From positions 1 to 62,993 of IMG/VR virus record IMGVR_UViG_3300046171_000113: a stretch of 62,993 nucleotides of DNA; one strand, given 5' to 3'. A model generated the notes under the pieces. The model searched no databases, had not been told where the DNA came from, and saw only the letters and a program-made list of their open reading frames with translations. The translations under genes were made by a program, and so were the position numbers. How positions within the stretch are numbered: the stretch's first letter is position 1; each line of letters starts with the position of its first letter. This stretch comes from a virus. Lineage: Duplodnaviria > Caudoviricetes. Shown piece after piece: positions 38,466 to 48,161 of this stretch.

Positions 38466-39042
38466 TCATAAAATAACCGACCTTAAATTTCATATAGATA
38501 AATTAGTACCGAAAGATGTTTGTCAATATTTTATTGATTTTTATGAAAATAATACTCAACATTCAAAACCTGAAACAAGTTATAAATATCAAACTAAAAA
38601 AAAGGAATATGATGATTATGGCTGTATCAATTTAACTGCTCTTTATGATAAAGATAAAGCATTTGAAGAACCATTAAATATAGCTAAAAAATACATACAA
38701 ATAATGATAACTAATTATGAATTGTATATTAAAAATAATATTTGTCCTACGTTTGATTTAACAACTATGTCTCAATCAAGTAATATTCGTATTTTAAAAT
38801 ATGAAAAAGGAAATCAAATTAAAGATCATAGTGATGTAGATTTTAATATAAGAGCCTCTTGTACTTTAAATTTAAACGAAGATTATGAAGGTGGAGATTT
38901 TAGATTTTTTGATGGTCAAATAAAACATTCTTTTAAAACAGGAGATGCTATGTTATTTCCAGCAGAACCTATTTGGATTCACGGGACTGAACCCGTTACA
39001 AAAGGTATTAGATATTCTATTAATTGTTTTTTACACCAATAA
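38455..39042 (+). CDS. Prolyl 4-hydroxylase-like 2OG-Fe(II) oxygenase
   Basis: HSD, LNEDYEGGDF, HGTEPVTKGIRYS. Confidence 0.85.
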   Translation: MSFDHKITDLKFHIDKLVPKDVCQYFIDFYENNTQHSKPETSYKYQTKKKEYDDYGCINLTALYDKDKAFEEPLNIAKKYIQIMITNYELYIKNNICPTFDLTTMSQSSNIRILKYEKGNQIKDHSDVDFNIRASCTLNLNEDYEGGDFRFFDGQIKHSFKTGDAMLFPAEPIWIHGTEPVTKGIRYSINCFLHQ

Positions 39043-39402
39043 TTATGAAGAATAAGAAGTAGGTCTTGCACCTAATCTAGCAATTTTTTCAGCTTCAGTT
39101 TCATCCTCAACAACATCATTATCCCAGTCACTTTGCAATCTAGTTAAATGTGCAGAGTCCCATAAATCTATAAATTGTTGAAAATCTCCAAGATTAGCAT
39201 CGGCATAAGTACCGTTTGGAGTTGTGTCTCTATGTTCTACTTCATCTGTAGTTACTGGAGTTTGATATTGCAAAGCCCAAATATTTGAAAATTTAGGTTG
39301 ACTCCAAAAAGAATCGTTATCAATTATATAACCAATCTTAGAAATTTGGTTAACAATTAATTTATCATCAAATACTACTGTCCAATTTGCGTTAGTTGCC
39401 AT
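39043..39402 (-). CDS. Tail-fibre-associated protein
   Basis: Follows the collar-domain gene. Confidence 0.55.
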   Translation of the reverse strand: MATNANWTVVFDDKLIVNQISKIGYIIDNDSFWSQPKFSNIWALQYQTPVTTDEVEHRDTTPNGTYADANLGDFQQFIDLWDSAHLTRLQSDWDNDVVEDETEAEKIARLGARPTSYSS

Positions 39403-39410
39403 TTTTTCTC

Positions 39411-39980
39411 CTACGTTTTTATAATATAAATTACTGTTAAATAAGGTTGTAAAACTGATGTTGCATCTCCACTAAAAGTTGCACTCATATTATGCGAGTG
39501 ACCCGCTGAACCCCCAGTTGTATAATAAGTTTGTTGTGTTGTAGGCCCTGAAGCTAGTGCAAAACGAATATATTGAGTACCAGGAGAATTACCTCCAAGT
39601 ATGTCGTGTTGGTGAGCTGCAACTTGTGCTATTGATATAGCAGTATTTGCTGTTGAACCACCAACGTTTCCAGTTGAAGCTACAGTATCTGCTCCACCTG
39701 TTGAAGCTAAAGCTTTATTATTAGATTTACTTACAGCTACTTTATTTTGTAAATCAGGAACTAAAAAAGTAGATGAGCCATCACCCGCACCATAAGTTGT
39801 GCCTACCGCTGCAAATAATGCAGAGTAAGTTGATCTTGAAACTGCTTGACCGTTACATTCTAGAAATCCTGTTGGCACTGAAGAAGTAGACCACGGCACA
39901 ATAGTAGCTGTAGGAATTCCCTCGATACCTGTAAGGTTTGCTCCAGTGAAATCGTATTTTGTTGCTTCGTAATTTGACAT
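39411..39980 (-). CDS. Tail fibre/collar domain protein (start MSNYEAT)
   Basis: PTGFLECNGQAVSRSTYSALFA...TF.VPDL; HxH motifs; LQPY..V.YIIK. Confidence 0.85.
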   Translation of the reverse strand: MSNYEATKYDFTGANLTGIEGIPTATIVPWSTSSVPTGFLECNGQAVSRSTYSALFAAVGTTYGAGDGSSTFLVPDLQNKVAVSKSNNKALASTGGADTVASTGNVGGSTANTAISIAQVAAHQHDILGGNSPGTQYIRFALASGPTTQQTYYTTGGSAGHSHNMSATFSGDATSVLQPYLTVIYIIKT

Positions 39981-39981
39981 A

Positions 39982-40683
39982 TTATTTCTCCGTGTAAGTC
40001 CATCCTGTTGTAGCATCTCCAGAATATACTAATCCAAAAGCTGCACCTTGTGTATTAACAACAAGATCAGATGCTGCATTAGCTATATTAGAAGAGTTTC
40101 TACCAACAGTCAATGCGTTAGTATTGAAATCATAACCTTGATCTACAAAATGTACTTCATCTCCTGTAGCAGGTGAGGCTGGAAGCGTTACTGTAACTGC
40201 TCCGCTATTTGTATTTACTAAAAGTTTAGCACCAGCTTGAACTGTTTCTGCTGCTGATACTGCTCTCCAGTTTCTTTGTTCATGAAGTTTTACAACATTT
40301 GTTCCATCAGAATATAATGTGTAATTATTTCCTTCACATAATAATACACCTGTTCCAGATGCAGTTTTAAAAGTTAAAGTATGTTCAGCATGATTACATG
40401 CGTCTTGAACTAGGTAAGTTTTTTCAACTGAGTTTGGAATACTAACTGTTAAGTTAGAAGCTAAAGTTCCTGTTAATTTAATAACTTCATTTTTACCATT
40501 TGATAAAGCACCATTAGTAAAAGTTAAAGATCTAGCAGCGTTAGTAATATTAAAAGTAGTAAAACCACCAATTGCTTGTTCTAGAATTAAAAGGTTAGTG
40601 TTTGTAATTTGTCCCCAAGTTCCTGAGTTTTCTCCAGTTGCTTGTACTGTAAGTTTTAAATTTGCTGATGTTGAATTCGCCAT
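39982..40683 (-). CDS. Tail fibre/structural protein
   Basis: GENSGTWG; VTLPASPATGDEV repeat type. Confidence 0.7.
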   Translation of the reverse strand: MANSTSANLKLTVQATGENSGTWGQITNTNLLILEQAIGGFTTFNITNAARSLTFTNGALSNGKNEVIKLTGTLASNLTVSIPNSVEKTYLVQDACNHAEHTLTFKTASGTGVLLCEGNNYTLYSDGTNVVKLHEQRNWRAVSAAETVQAGAKLLVNTNSGAVTVTLPASPATGDEVHFVDQGYDFNTNALTVGRNSSNIANAASDLVVNTQGAAFGLVYSGDATTGWTYTEK

Positions 40684-40738
40684 ATTAAATTCCTTATATC
40701 GTTTATTTTATTAAAATAAAGAGAAAGTGTCAAACTCT

Positions 40739-41684
40739 TTATGCAACGACTTCCCTCCATCCAGGAGGATCTATTGGAGCAGAACCGGTATTTACCTCGT
40801 TCCAGATAAGAGCATTACCACTTCCTACTGTTGTAGTCAACCCAAAACCATTGAAAGTTGCAGTAACATCTGTAAATGCAGATACAGAAGCAACTCTTGC
40901 TAATAAAGGATTTCCTGTAGATTTACTAGTTGATTTAATCTATTGTATCAGTTCCTAAAGTAGCGCTTAATCCAATACCTGTTACTAGTTGGTGCAACAT
41001 CTCCTTGCAATCCTAAGAGTTCCTAAAGCACCTATCATAAAGTTTCCAGTTACTGCTGCATCTGGTGCAGGATCGACAACGCCTAAAGTTAACTTGAGCT
41101 ACGTTTAAAGTATTTGCAACAATAGTTGCATCACCAGTAATTTCTGTAGGAGTTCCTAAAGCTGCAGTCATTGCAATTCCAGTAAACAGCTGCTTGACAG
41201 AACTACCTGCATCACCCCAGTCATTTATTCCAACCAAGTCTACCCCAACCTGTATTGTTAAAGCTTCTACTGTACCAAGACCCATAGCACTGCATACCTG
41301 TCAGCCATTGCATCAGGACCAGCATCAGCTGTTCCTAAACTATTGTAATGCAAAACCGTACTGGAACTTCAGCTAAATCTACGGCTGTTAATTCCAAGAG
41401 TTGCTGTTATGAATTGATTGTTATTGTAATGGACGTTTGCATCGGCTGTCTGTACAGTCCTAAATAAGAGCAGAAATACCTGTAGGAATAGTTGTACCAG
41501 CTATACCCCAACCTTGAAGACCCCATTCTTGTCTACCCCAACCTACATTAACTTCTGTTGAGCTTGACTCGTCTCCCAAAGATGCAGTGAGGGCAATACC
41601 CGTGACTGTAAAAGTCGGGTCTGCTAAATCATTCCATTGGTTTTGACCCCATGTGCCGACGCCCCAAGTTCCTGATCCACTCAT
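40739..41684 (-). CDS. WG-repeat tail protein, broken by multiple frameshifts
   Basis: TWGVGTWG...WG repeats at the start; NALIWNEV...GWREVVA* at the end. Confidence 0.6.
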
Positions 41685-41703
41685 AGGAGGTTACCTCCTA
41701 CGA

Positions 41704-42141
41704 TTAACCAGAGATCCTTAGAATCGCTGCTGTTGATGTTGGTGCTGGAAACTGAACTGTAAACGTACCTGAAGTAGCTGTTTTATCTGCTCCGAAATCT
41801 AAAACACAAACTGCAGAGTTAGTAGTCGCAGATGATGTGTTGTAAATTAAAGCTCCTCTTGCTGTCAACGTAACGTTTTGAAACGACAGGTCAGCAAAAT
41901 CTGCTCTTGCAACACCTGCTGTCAAAGAAGTAGGATTGTTTACAAGTGCTCCACCACCAGATGTGTAGTTCGCTGAAGTAACTTCGTTACCTGTTGTGAA
42001 TGAAGTTGTTGATGAGTTAAGAGTAGCTGAAGAAGTATAAAGAGCTAACTTATATTTATCACCACCAGATTGTTTAAAATTAGAATCACCCTCTAGTAGT
42101 AACTTTTTAAAGTTGTTTGCAATTGCTTGTGTTATAGCCAT
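41704..42141 (-). CDS. Virion structural protein
   Basis: KLALYT, Y.SGG, ARGALIYN, VLDFG.DKT. Confidence 0.7.
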   Translation of the reverse strand: MAITQAIANNFKKLLLEGDSNFKQSGGDKYKLALYTSSATLNSSTTSFTTGNEVTSANYTSGGGALVNNPTSLTAGVARADFADLSFQNVTLTARGALIYNTSSATTNSAVCVLDFGADKTATSGTFTVQFPAPTSTAAILRISG

Positions 42142-42152
42142 AATTTATTCTC

Positions 42153-42809
42153 CTATTTACCTATACGAGGAACACCACTTTGATATTCGTCTCGTCTTCT
42201 TCTTCCCATTTGTTCAATAGAGAAGCCTTCTACCACTTGTTTATACTTTTGTTCGTATAATTGCAAGAGGTCTTGTGGCCCTTTTAAAAAACCATAAGCC
42301 TCGACAAGGCATGCATACAGAAGTCCATTGGGAAAGTTTAGACTTATATATGTTGTTGTATTTGTACTCGATAATCCAGGATCTTTCAAGATATAATTTA
42401 ACTGAATTATATAAGTTTGATCAGGTGTAGGGGCTACAATAATTCTAGTATCATCCCACCAGCTATAATATTTTGGTACTCCAGTCACAGCAGTTGGGTT
42501 AAATTCAGACATAAAACTTGTGTCTCTCCACTGTAAAAAATCTCTCACTTGATTAGTATTTCCATCAGCCAGCTCTGTGTCTACAATTTGAGCAGATCTA
42601 ATAATTAAAGCATCTGTAGGAGCGTCAATAAATCTTGTAGAAGCTACTAGATTGGCTGATACATATTTTCTGTTATTATCAGAATCTATGTCTCTAAATA
42701 TTCTGTATTCTGCATCAAGAATAATACCATTTAAAATAGTGTCAGATAATACTGTTGATCCAACTTCTGTGTAATCTCTGATTTTTGTTTTTAATTCGTC
42801 GTATGTCAT
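42153..42809 (-). CDS. Head-tail adaptor/tail tubular protein
   Basis: MTYDELKTKI, G.PKYY, APTPD, LLYACL.EA. Confidence 0.7.
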   Translation of the reverse strand: MTYDELKTKIRDYTEVGSTVLSDTILNGIILDAEYRIFRDIDSDNNRKYVSANLVASTRFIDAPTDALIIRSAQIVDTELADGNTNQVRDFLQWRDTSFMSEFNPTAVTGVPKYYSWWDDTRIIVAPTPDQTYIIQLNYILKDPGLSSTNTTTYISLNFPNGLLYACLVEAYGFLKGPQDLLQLYEQKYKQVVEGFSIEQMGRRRRDEYQSGVPRIGK

Positions 42810-43618
42810 CCTTGTTTAGTATCCAATGGTCCAGCTAAGACTTGAATACCTCCTCCTGTTTCTGTACTCGAAGCATTTGAAACCAAGTTAAACGTATAAC
42901 TATTTTCTAAAGTTATTGTAGAAGGTTGGCCTGCTTGTTGTTGAGTTGTTTGTATCATAGTTATTGAATAACCGCCAACAATAATTGCACCTGAATTATG
43001 AGCGCTAGCAGTTGTGTTTTTAGGTAAGACTCCTCTAAACTGTGAGTTAGTTCCTCTCACACATCCTGTTAAATCATTACTTGATTTACCAGTGTATTGA
43101 ATAACTTCATTGTTAAAATAAGAATCTCCATCATCTGATACATCTACTTTTTCAATCATAAAAAATCCTGACGTAGGAAACGCTGAAGCATCTGTTAAAG
43201 AAATAGTTGTGTCAGTCGCAGTTATGTTTGAAGCTAAAGTTGTAGTTAGTTCTAATGTAGATTTTGCTACACCGCCAACAGTCTGAGATTTAACTGCTTG
43301 AAATCTTACAATGTCATTATTTACTCTTGCACTGTTAGGTTCTGATACAGTTACTGAAGTTGAACTTGAAGCTGTTGTAAAAGGATTAAGAGGTAAAAAA
43401 TCTGTAGTTCCAAATTCTGTTCTTGCAGGTCTAGCAGTTTCTAAACCTTGTGGATCAGCAACAAATGGTTTTGGTTCTAACTGTGGTTGCTTACGTTCGA
43501 ACTCTGAATAATGTACAAACTGACCATTCCATTCTGTTACCATTTCTCTCCACGGAAAAGCTAATCCGCTTCGGTCAGAGATTGCTAAAGCGTGTTTCCC
43601 TTTTGCAAACTTCGCCAT
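42806..43618 (-). CDS. Tail protein
   Basis: SDRSG...QPQL N-terminus; FPTSG...EVIQYT...RG module. Confidence 0.65.
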   Translation of the reverse strand: MAKFAKGKHALAISDRSGLAFPWREMVTEWNGQFVHYSEFERKQPQLEPKPFVADPQGLETARPARTEFGTTDFLPLNPFTTASSSTSVTVSEPNSARVNNDIVRFQAVKSQTVGGVAKSTLELTTTLASNITATDTTISLTDASAFPTSGFFMIEKVDVSDDGDSYFNNEVIQYTGKSSNDLTGCVRGTNSQFRGVLPKNTTASAHNSGAIIVGGYSITMIQTTQQQAGQPSTITLENSYTFNLVSNASSTETGGGIQVLAGPLDTKQG

Positions 43619-44557
43619 TAGATCTCCGGATAATAAGTTTTAGGTGATATGTAAACACTAGCAGATGAACCGTCTTCAGCTAATGCTCTTTGTAATTCAT
43701 CTTCGTAAAGTAATTTCATTTCTTGTGTTCGTTGAGGAGCCTTTCTTTTGTGATACATAGTAAGCTAAACCTGCACACATACAAGGTACAAATCTATTAA
43801 CCACATCTGCTTCGTTAGTATATTTACCTGCGTCTTGTAATCTTTGTAAGTAATAAAAGAAAACAAAATCTCCAACTTGAGAAGTACCTGGAGTTAAATA
43901 TAAAGTTACTGTAACTCTATCTATAAATCTTTGTACCCAATATTGAGAAGGTTGACCTGTAGAAGTTTTATTTGAAAAAGCTGAATACTGTGATCTGTTT
44001 ACTTTTGATAAAGGTGAATCTACATTAGCAGCAGTTCTGTAACTAGATTCTAAAAGATCAGAAGCCATATTTACAAAGTTATTTACAGAATCATTTTGTG
44101 CATGAGAAGCAGCTGTTGTATCATCAATTCCTCTATCAGCTGTTGAAGAAACAATTAAATTATTTCCTGAAATAGAACTGTATTGAATTATTTCGTTATT
44201 GATTTTTATTTTACCTGAAGCAGGCATCTGGGCCACAGAAGCAACAGGAATAGTTAAAGTCGTTGCGATAATAGCAGATGTTAAAGTAGTTGTAATTCCG
44301 TCTGATGCACCATCGCTTGGTGATCTATAAATTACATATTCGTTTTGACCATTAACTAAACTAAATGCATGTTCTCTAACTTGCCAAAAATGGATACCTC
44401 TGTTGTCCCATTCTTGAAGCATTATGTTTAATGATCTTCTAGCTGAACGCAGGTCATTACCTGAGTAATCAAAGAAACCTAATCTTTCAAAAGCTTCAGT
44501 TATAATATCGTCGATCGAGAATGTTTTCTCGAATGTAGTTGTGCCTGAAAAAGCCAA
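43618..44557 (-). CDS. Tail tubular/adaptor protein; frameshift near the 3' end
   Basis: SARRSLN..L.EW.NRG; true C-terminus (...YEDELQRALAEDGSSASVYISPKTYYPEI) in another frame. Confidence 0.7.
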
Positions 44558-44565
44558 GTTGCCTC

Positions 44566-44877
44566 CTACGAGTTACTTCCGCCGCTATGAAAAACAGTAA
44601 TAGCTGTAATCTGTTCAGTAGTGAATGCAGAGTAAACATCTGTTTTAAATAAAATTGGTGCAGGGAAATTAATTGTCATATCATGAATATGAGCACCCTT
44701 ATTTAATTTTACTTTTGATGTTCCACTTGCTCCACCATCTTTAAGTTCTAAAACTCCAGCTTGGTTAGGACCAGATACATGGACTCCATATACTCTAGTT
44801 CTTCCAGTTTGGACTGTTTTAGTTTCAGTAGTTACGTTAGTTGCAACTCCATCAATTGCTGATCCAAATGTTGACAT
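44566..44877 (-). CDS. Small virion protein
   Basis: AAGGAG RBS; structural operon. Confidence 0.65.
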   Translation of the reverse strand: MSTFGSAIDGVATNVTTETKTVQTGRTRVYGVHVSGPNQAGVLELKDGGASGTSKVKLNKGAHIHDMTINFPAPILFKTDVYSAFTTEQITAITVFHSGGSNS

Positions 44878-44902
44878 AATTTTTATCTCCTTAAAATTTA
44901 TA

Positions 44903-44922
44903 TGTGGGGCCGAAGCCCCACA
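44903..44922 (-). terminator. Hairpin with C(UUCG)G tetraloop
   Basis: TGTGGGGC-TTCG-GCCCCACA. Confidence 0.7.
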
Positions 44923-44933
44923 CTAATTACTTA

Positions 44934-45470
44934 TTACGTATCGCTAAATGGTGTAACAATAGTTCCTGATCCTAAGATCAAAGTATTGTGTACCAAGTAT
45001 TGAGCTGCTTCTAAAGCAGTAACTGTAATTACTGAACCTACGATTCCACCAGTTGTTGTTCCATTCATAGAAAGAACATCATTTGCTGCTGCAGGAAAGA
45101 AAGCTTTTTTAGCTCCATCATCCACTGCAATCATAGCTGCGCCTGTGAATTTATCCACACCATCAGTTATGATTTGAACATCAGTTGCTAGTGTATCTAT
45201 GTAAAACATAAATGTAGCACCAACGTTATTTAGGTTATTGTAGTCAGTTAGTCCTGCTGTTGCTCCATTAGCATTAGTGTTAATGCTTGGTAACTTGTAG
45301 ATACCATCTGCGTCTTGTGAAATTAAAATTCTTCCAGCATGGTCGTTAACGGTTAAAGCTAAACCGCTTGCACCTAAGCCAGTAGAATTAATTGCTTTTG
45401 TTGCTCCAGGGCCTGTAGTTATAAAGCCATTTTTAGAAATGACCGGTCCTGAAAAAGTTGTATTTGCCAT
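44934..45470 (-). CDS. Putative capsid decoration/minor structural protein
   Basis: Starts MANTTFSGPV; downstream of capsid gene. Confidence 0.6.
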   Translation of the reverse strand: MANTTFSGPVISKNGFITTGPGATKAINSTGLGASGLALTVNDHAGRILISQDADGIYKLPSINTNANGATAGLTDYNNLNNVGATFMFYIDTLATDVQIITDGVDKFTGAAMIAVDDGAKKAFFPAAANDVLSMNGTTTGGIVGSVITVTALEAAQYLVHNTLILGSGTIVTPFSDT

Positions 45471-45636
45471 AGTATTATTCTCCTAGTTTCCGTTCACATA
45501 GTCTCTAGGCCGTCGACTGTACGCGTCTATGTAAACTAATTAAATTATACAGTGAGTTTTTTATACACTAGTTTTTAGTAGAGTGCAAGAGAGCCTGTAG
45601 TGTGGAGTGAATTTTTCCAACGATGTAGCTTTTTGT

Positions 45637-45855
45637 TTAAGTAGCTACGGAAACTTGCGGAGCAGAGTCTTCAACTTTATTACGCATGTGTTCTCTTTGC
45701 GCCTCTGCCATCTTAATATGACTTAAAACATCTCGAACTTTTCGATCTATTTTAACCATATCGAGAGTATATCTACCCTCTTTAAGATGCTCTTGCTCCC
45801 ACTGTAGATCTAGACCCCTCTTTTGTTGGTAAAGGTCCTGTAAGTGTTGCATCAT
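45637..45855 (-). CDS. Hypothetical coiled-coil protein
   Basis: GAGGAGG upstream. Confidence 0.6.
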   Translation of the reverse strand: MMQHLQDLYQQKRGLDLQWEQEHLKEGRYTLDMVKIDRKVRDVLSHIKMAEAQREHMRNKVEDSAPQVSVAT

Positions 45856-46054
45856 TTTTTCCATCTATAACCTCCTCATAGGTTATTCTGTTCATCCTGT
45901 CACTATAAGAGTTTCCAAGATATTCCCAAACTATACTTTTTTCTCCCAACTTGTCAAGTATAGCTTGTTCTAGTGAGGCTGGGTTATCATTAGCCATAAC
46001 GTTAAATGTAGCGTGATGATCGTACGCCCAGATATTTACTAGAAATTTTACCAT
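45782..46054 (-). CDS. Hypothetical protein
   Basis: ORF after the capsid hairpin. Confidence 0.55.
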   Translation of the reverse strand: MVKFLVNIWAYDHHATFNVMANDNPASLEQAILDKLGEKSIVWEYLGNSYSDRMNRITYEEVIDGKNDATLTGPLPTKEGSRSTVGARAS

Positions 46055-46073
46055 TATTCTTTCTATCAGTTAA

Positions 46074-46100
46074 TTGTGGCGAGACTATGTCCCGCCACAA
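46074..46100 (-). terminator. Hairpin after the major capsid gene
   Basis: TTGTGGCG...CGCCACAA. Confidence 0.7.
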
Positions 46101-46110
46101 AAAATTACGA

Positions 46111-47019
46111 TTAACTTGCTCCTGAAGATCCGAAGATACCTCTATAGTCAGATACACCGAATCTGTATCTTTCTCTAGCTTTGTATCTTACGTTTCCAGT
46201 ATCAAAATCACCTTCCATTGCTGTTCTAATAGGTGTTCTTTCAAAATACTTCATTCCGTTAGGAACATCAGTAATGAAGAAGTACGCATTAGGATCAGTT
46301 AAGAAATTGTTCACTCTGTAACCTTGAGGAACCATTCCCATAGAAACGATTGCATTGATATCGTTATCAGCAGTGCCAGTTCTACCTTGAGACTTCATAA
46401 GTCTTTCAGCTTGGAATTGAAGCTCAGAAGGAACGATCATTTTCATTCCTCTAGCAGCAATTTTAAGACCTCTTTCGTCAGTCATTGCAGCGATGTCAAT
46501 TAAAGACTGCTCCAATGAAGTTTCGTTAAGGTCAGCCTGTGTAGCCAAAGTGTTTGACACAGTTCCAGCGATCGTTGGGTGAGTAGTTGCAAACAAGTTG
46601 CTTCCATCTCCAGAAGTGAAACCACCTCCGAAACCATTGATCAGTGGATTTACTGATTTGATTTGTTTAGTATTCGCCATAGATCTAGCTAGCGCTTTTG
46701 TATATCTAGACGCAAGTCTATCATACAGGTTGTCCTCAATCGCTTCTTCAGTGATTGCGAACGCAAGCGCAACAGTTTCCATAGTGTATCTAGCTGTGTA
46801 AGTCTCTTGAGCATTGTCAAAAGTTACGCCAGAACCTTCAGGTTTAACTGCAGCATTAGCAAAACCAGATAACATAACTTCTTCTTCAAACGCTCTGTCT
46901 GAAGTTTCTGTTGTGTAGATCTCAGCATGCTGATTCTCATAACGTTTATATTCCAGTCCGAATAGTGCATTCAGGCCTGGTTCTAGTTCTTTAACTAGTT
47001 GTCCTCGTGATATAGCCAT
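46111..47019 (-). CDS. Major capsid protein
   Basis: MAISRGQLVKELEPGLNALFGLEY family; position after scaffold. Confidence 0.85.
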   Translation of the reverse strand: MAISRGQLVKELEPGLNALFGLEYKRYENQHAEIYTTETSDRAFEEEVMLSGFANAAVKPEGSGVTFDNAQETYTARYTMETVALAFAITEEAIEDNLYDRLASRYTKALARSMANTKQIKSVNPLINGFGGGFTSGDGSNLFATTHPTIAGTVSNTLATQADLNETSLEQSLIDIAAMTDERGLKIAARGMKMIVPSELQFQAERLMKSQGRTGTADNDINAIVSMGMVPQGYRVNNFLTDPNAYFFITDVPNGMKYFERTPIRTAMEGDFDTGNVRYKARERYRFGVSDYRGIFGSSGAS

Positions 47020-47041
47020 GTTTTTTCTCCTATTCTAACTA

Positions 47042-47614
47042 TTATATTCCTGCCGTAGCAGAGTTGTATATGTGTTCGTTAATCATCACAACCCAATTCA
47101 AATAACCAGCGCCAACTGTACTGTTGTCGATGTTAGTTGATGGACCTATGATTTTTAACTGACCACTTACTGTTGATAGCGTATTGTCATCTAACATTGA
47201 GTTAGAAACAAAGTTCGCTGCAACACCAGCTGAAACAACGATATCCGCATTCATAAATACATCAGTCTGCGCTGAAGCAGTTGATATATCAGTTTGGATT
47301 TCGAATCTTTCATATGGGTCGTCACTTACGAATGCTACTATGTCAGAAGCGTTAACTTGTGCATAGTGGTTAGCAAACGTAGGTTTACTTGTATTTGGGT
47401 CTGTGTAGAAAACACCATTAAGTGATCCAAGTAATCTGTCTCCAGCTGCAGCTTGTTCGATAGTTCCGCCAGCTACTGGTTTTACAGCATCTTGAAAATA
47501 GATAGTAGTCGCATAGTTTGCAGCGATACTATATTCACTTAAACCTTGGTTGTCTCTATTTTGACCAACTTTTCCGATCGCTCTTAGACCGAAAGGTTCG
47601 TTTTTATTTGCCAT
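47042..47614 (-). CDS. Capsid-associated structural protein
   Basis: PFGLR...DDP...FEIQ pattern; directly upstream of capsid gene. Confidence 0.65.
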   Translation of the reverse strand: MANKNEPFGLRAIGKVGQNRDNQGLSEYSIAANYATTIYFQDAVKPVAGGTIEQAAAGDRLLGSLNGVFYTDPNTSKPTFANHYAQVNASDIVAFVSDDPYERFEIQTDISTASAQTDVFMNADIVVSAGVAANFVSNSMLDDNTLSTVSGQLKIIGPSTNIDNSTVGAGYLNWVVMINEHIYNSATAGI

Positions 47615-47692
47615 AGAGGCCTCCTTATAAATGTACCTGCCCTTGCGGGCCTCCAGTACGGGTTAAATGAACTTTAATGGTTAGGAAATTGT

Positions 47693-48157
47693 TTAAGATT
47701 TCTTTGAGCCACCAAAAGTTACACGAGTCTGTCTATCAATATCGATAGGCATACTTGGGTGCTCTTCCTTCATCAGATCATTATCCAGAGCTTTTTCTTT
47801 TTCATTATGCTGTGCTGCATAATATTCTTGTCTCTGTTTAATTATCTCTTCAGGTATCCTAGCGAGCAGTAGGCCGCCAACTCCGATCACTCCTGAGTAT
47901 TTCCCGTCTTCAATGACTGGAAATTGTGAATCTGGGTATTCATCGGCACGAACTAATTCGTATCCTTCTCTTAACGAGGCAGATACATTTTTCGTATCTT
48001 GAAATCCCATTGACTCAGCTCTAATCCATCTATGTTTAAAACCTGATGGAGCAGGTGGTGAATCTAAAGGTGATGGTGGAGTCCAAACTTTTTTATGAGC
48101 TGTTTTTTCTCTTGTTTGACTCGCACGTGAGGTCTTCTTGTCTATTGTATTTTCCAT
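47693..48157 (-). CDS. Conserved head-module protein
   Basis: W.PP..L..P..P.G..HRWIR; GGLLLARIP. Confidence 0.7.
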   Translation of the reverse strand: MENTIDKKTSRASQTREKTAHKKVWTPPSPLDSPPAPSGFKHRWIRAESMGFQDTKNVSASLREGYELVRADEYPDSQFPVIEDGKYSGVIGVGGLLLARIPEEIIKQRQEYYAAQHNEKEKALDNDLMKEEHPSMPIDIDRQTRVTFGGSKKS

Positions 48158-48161
48158 ATGC

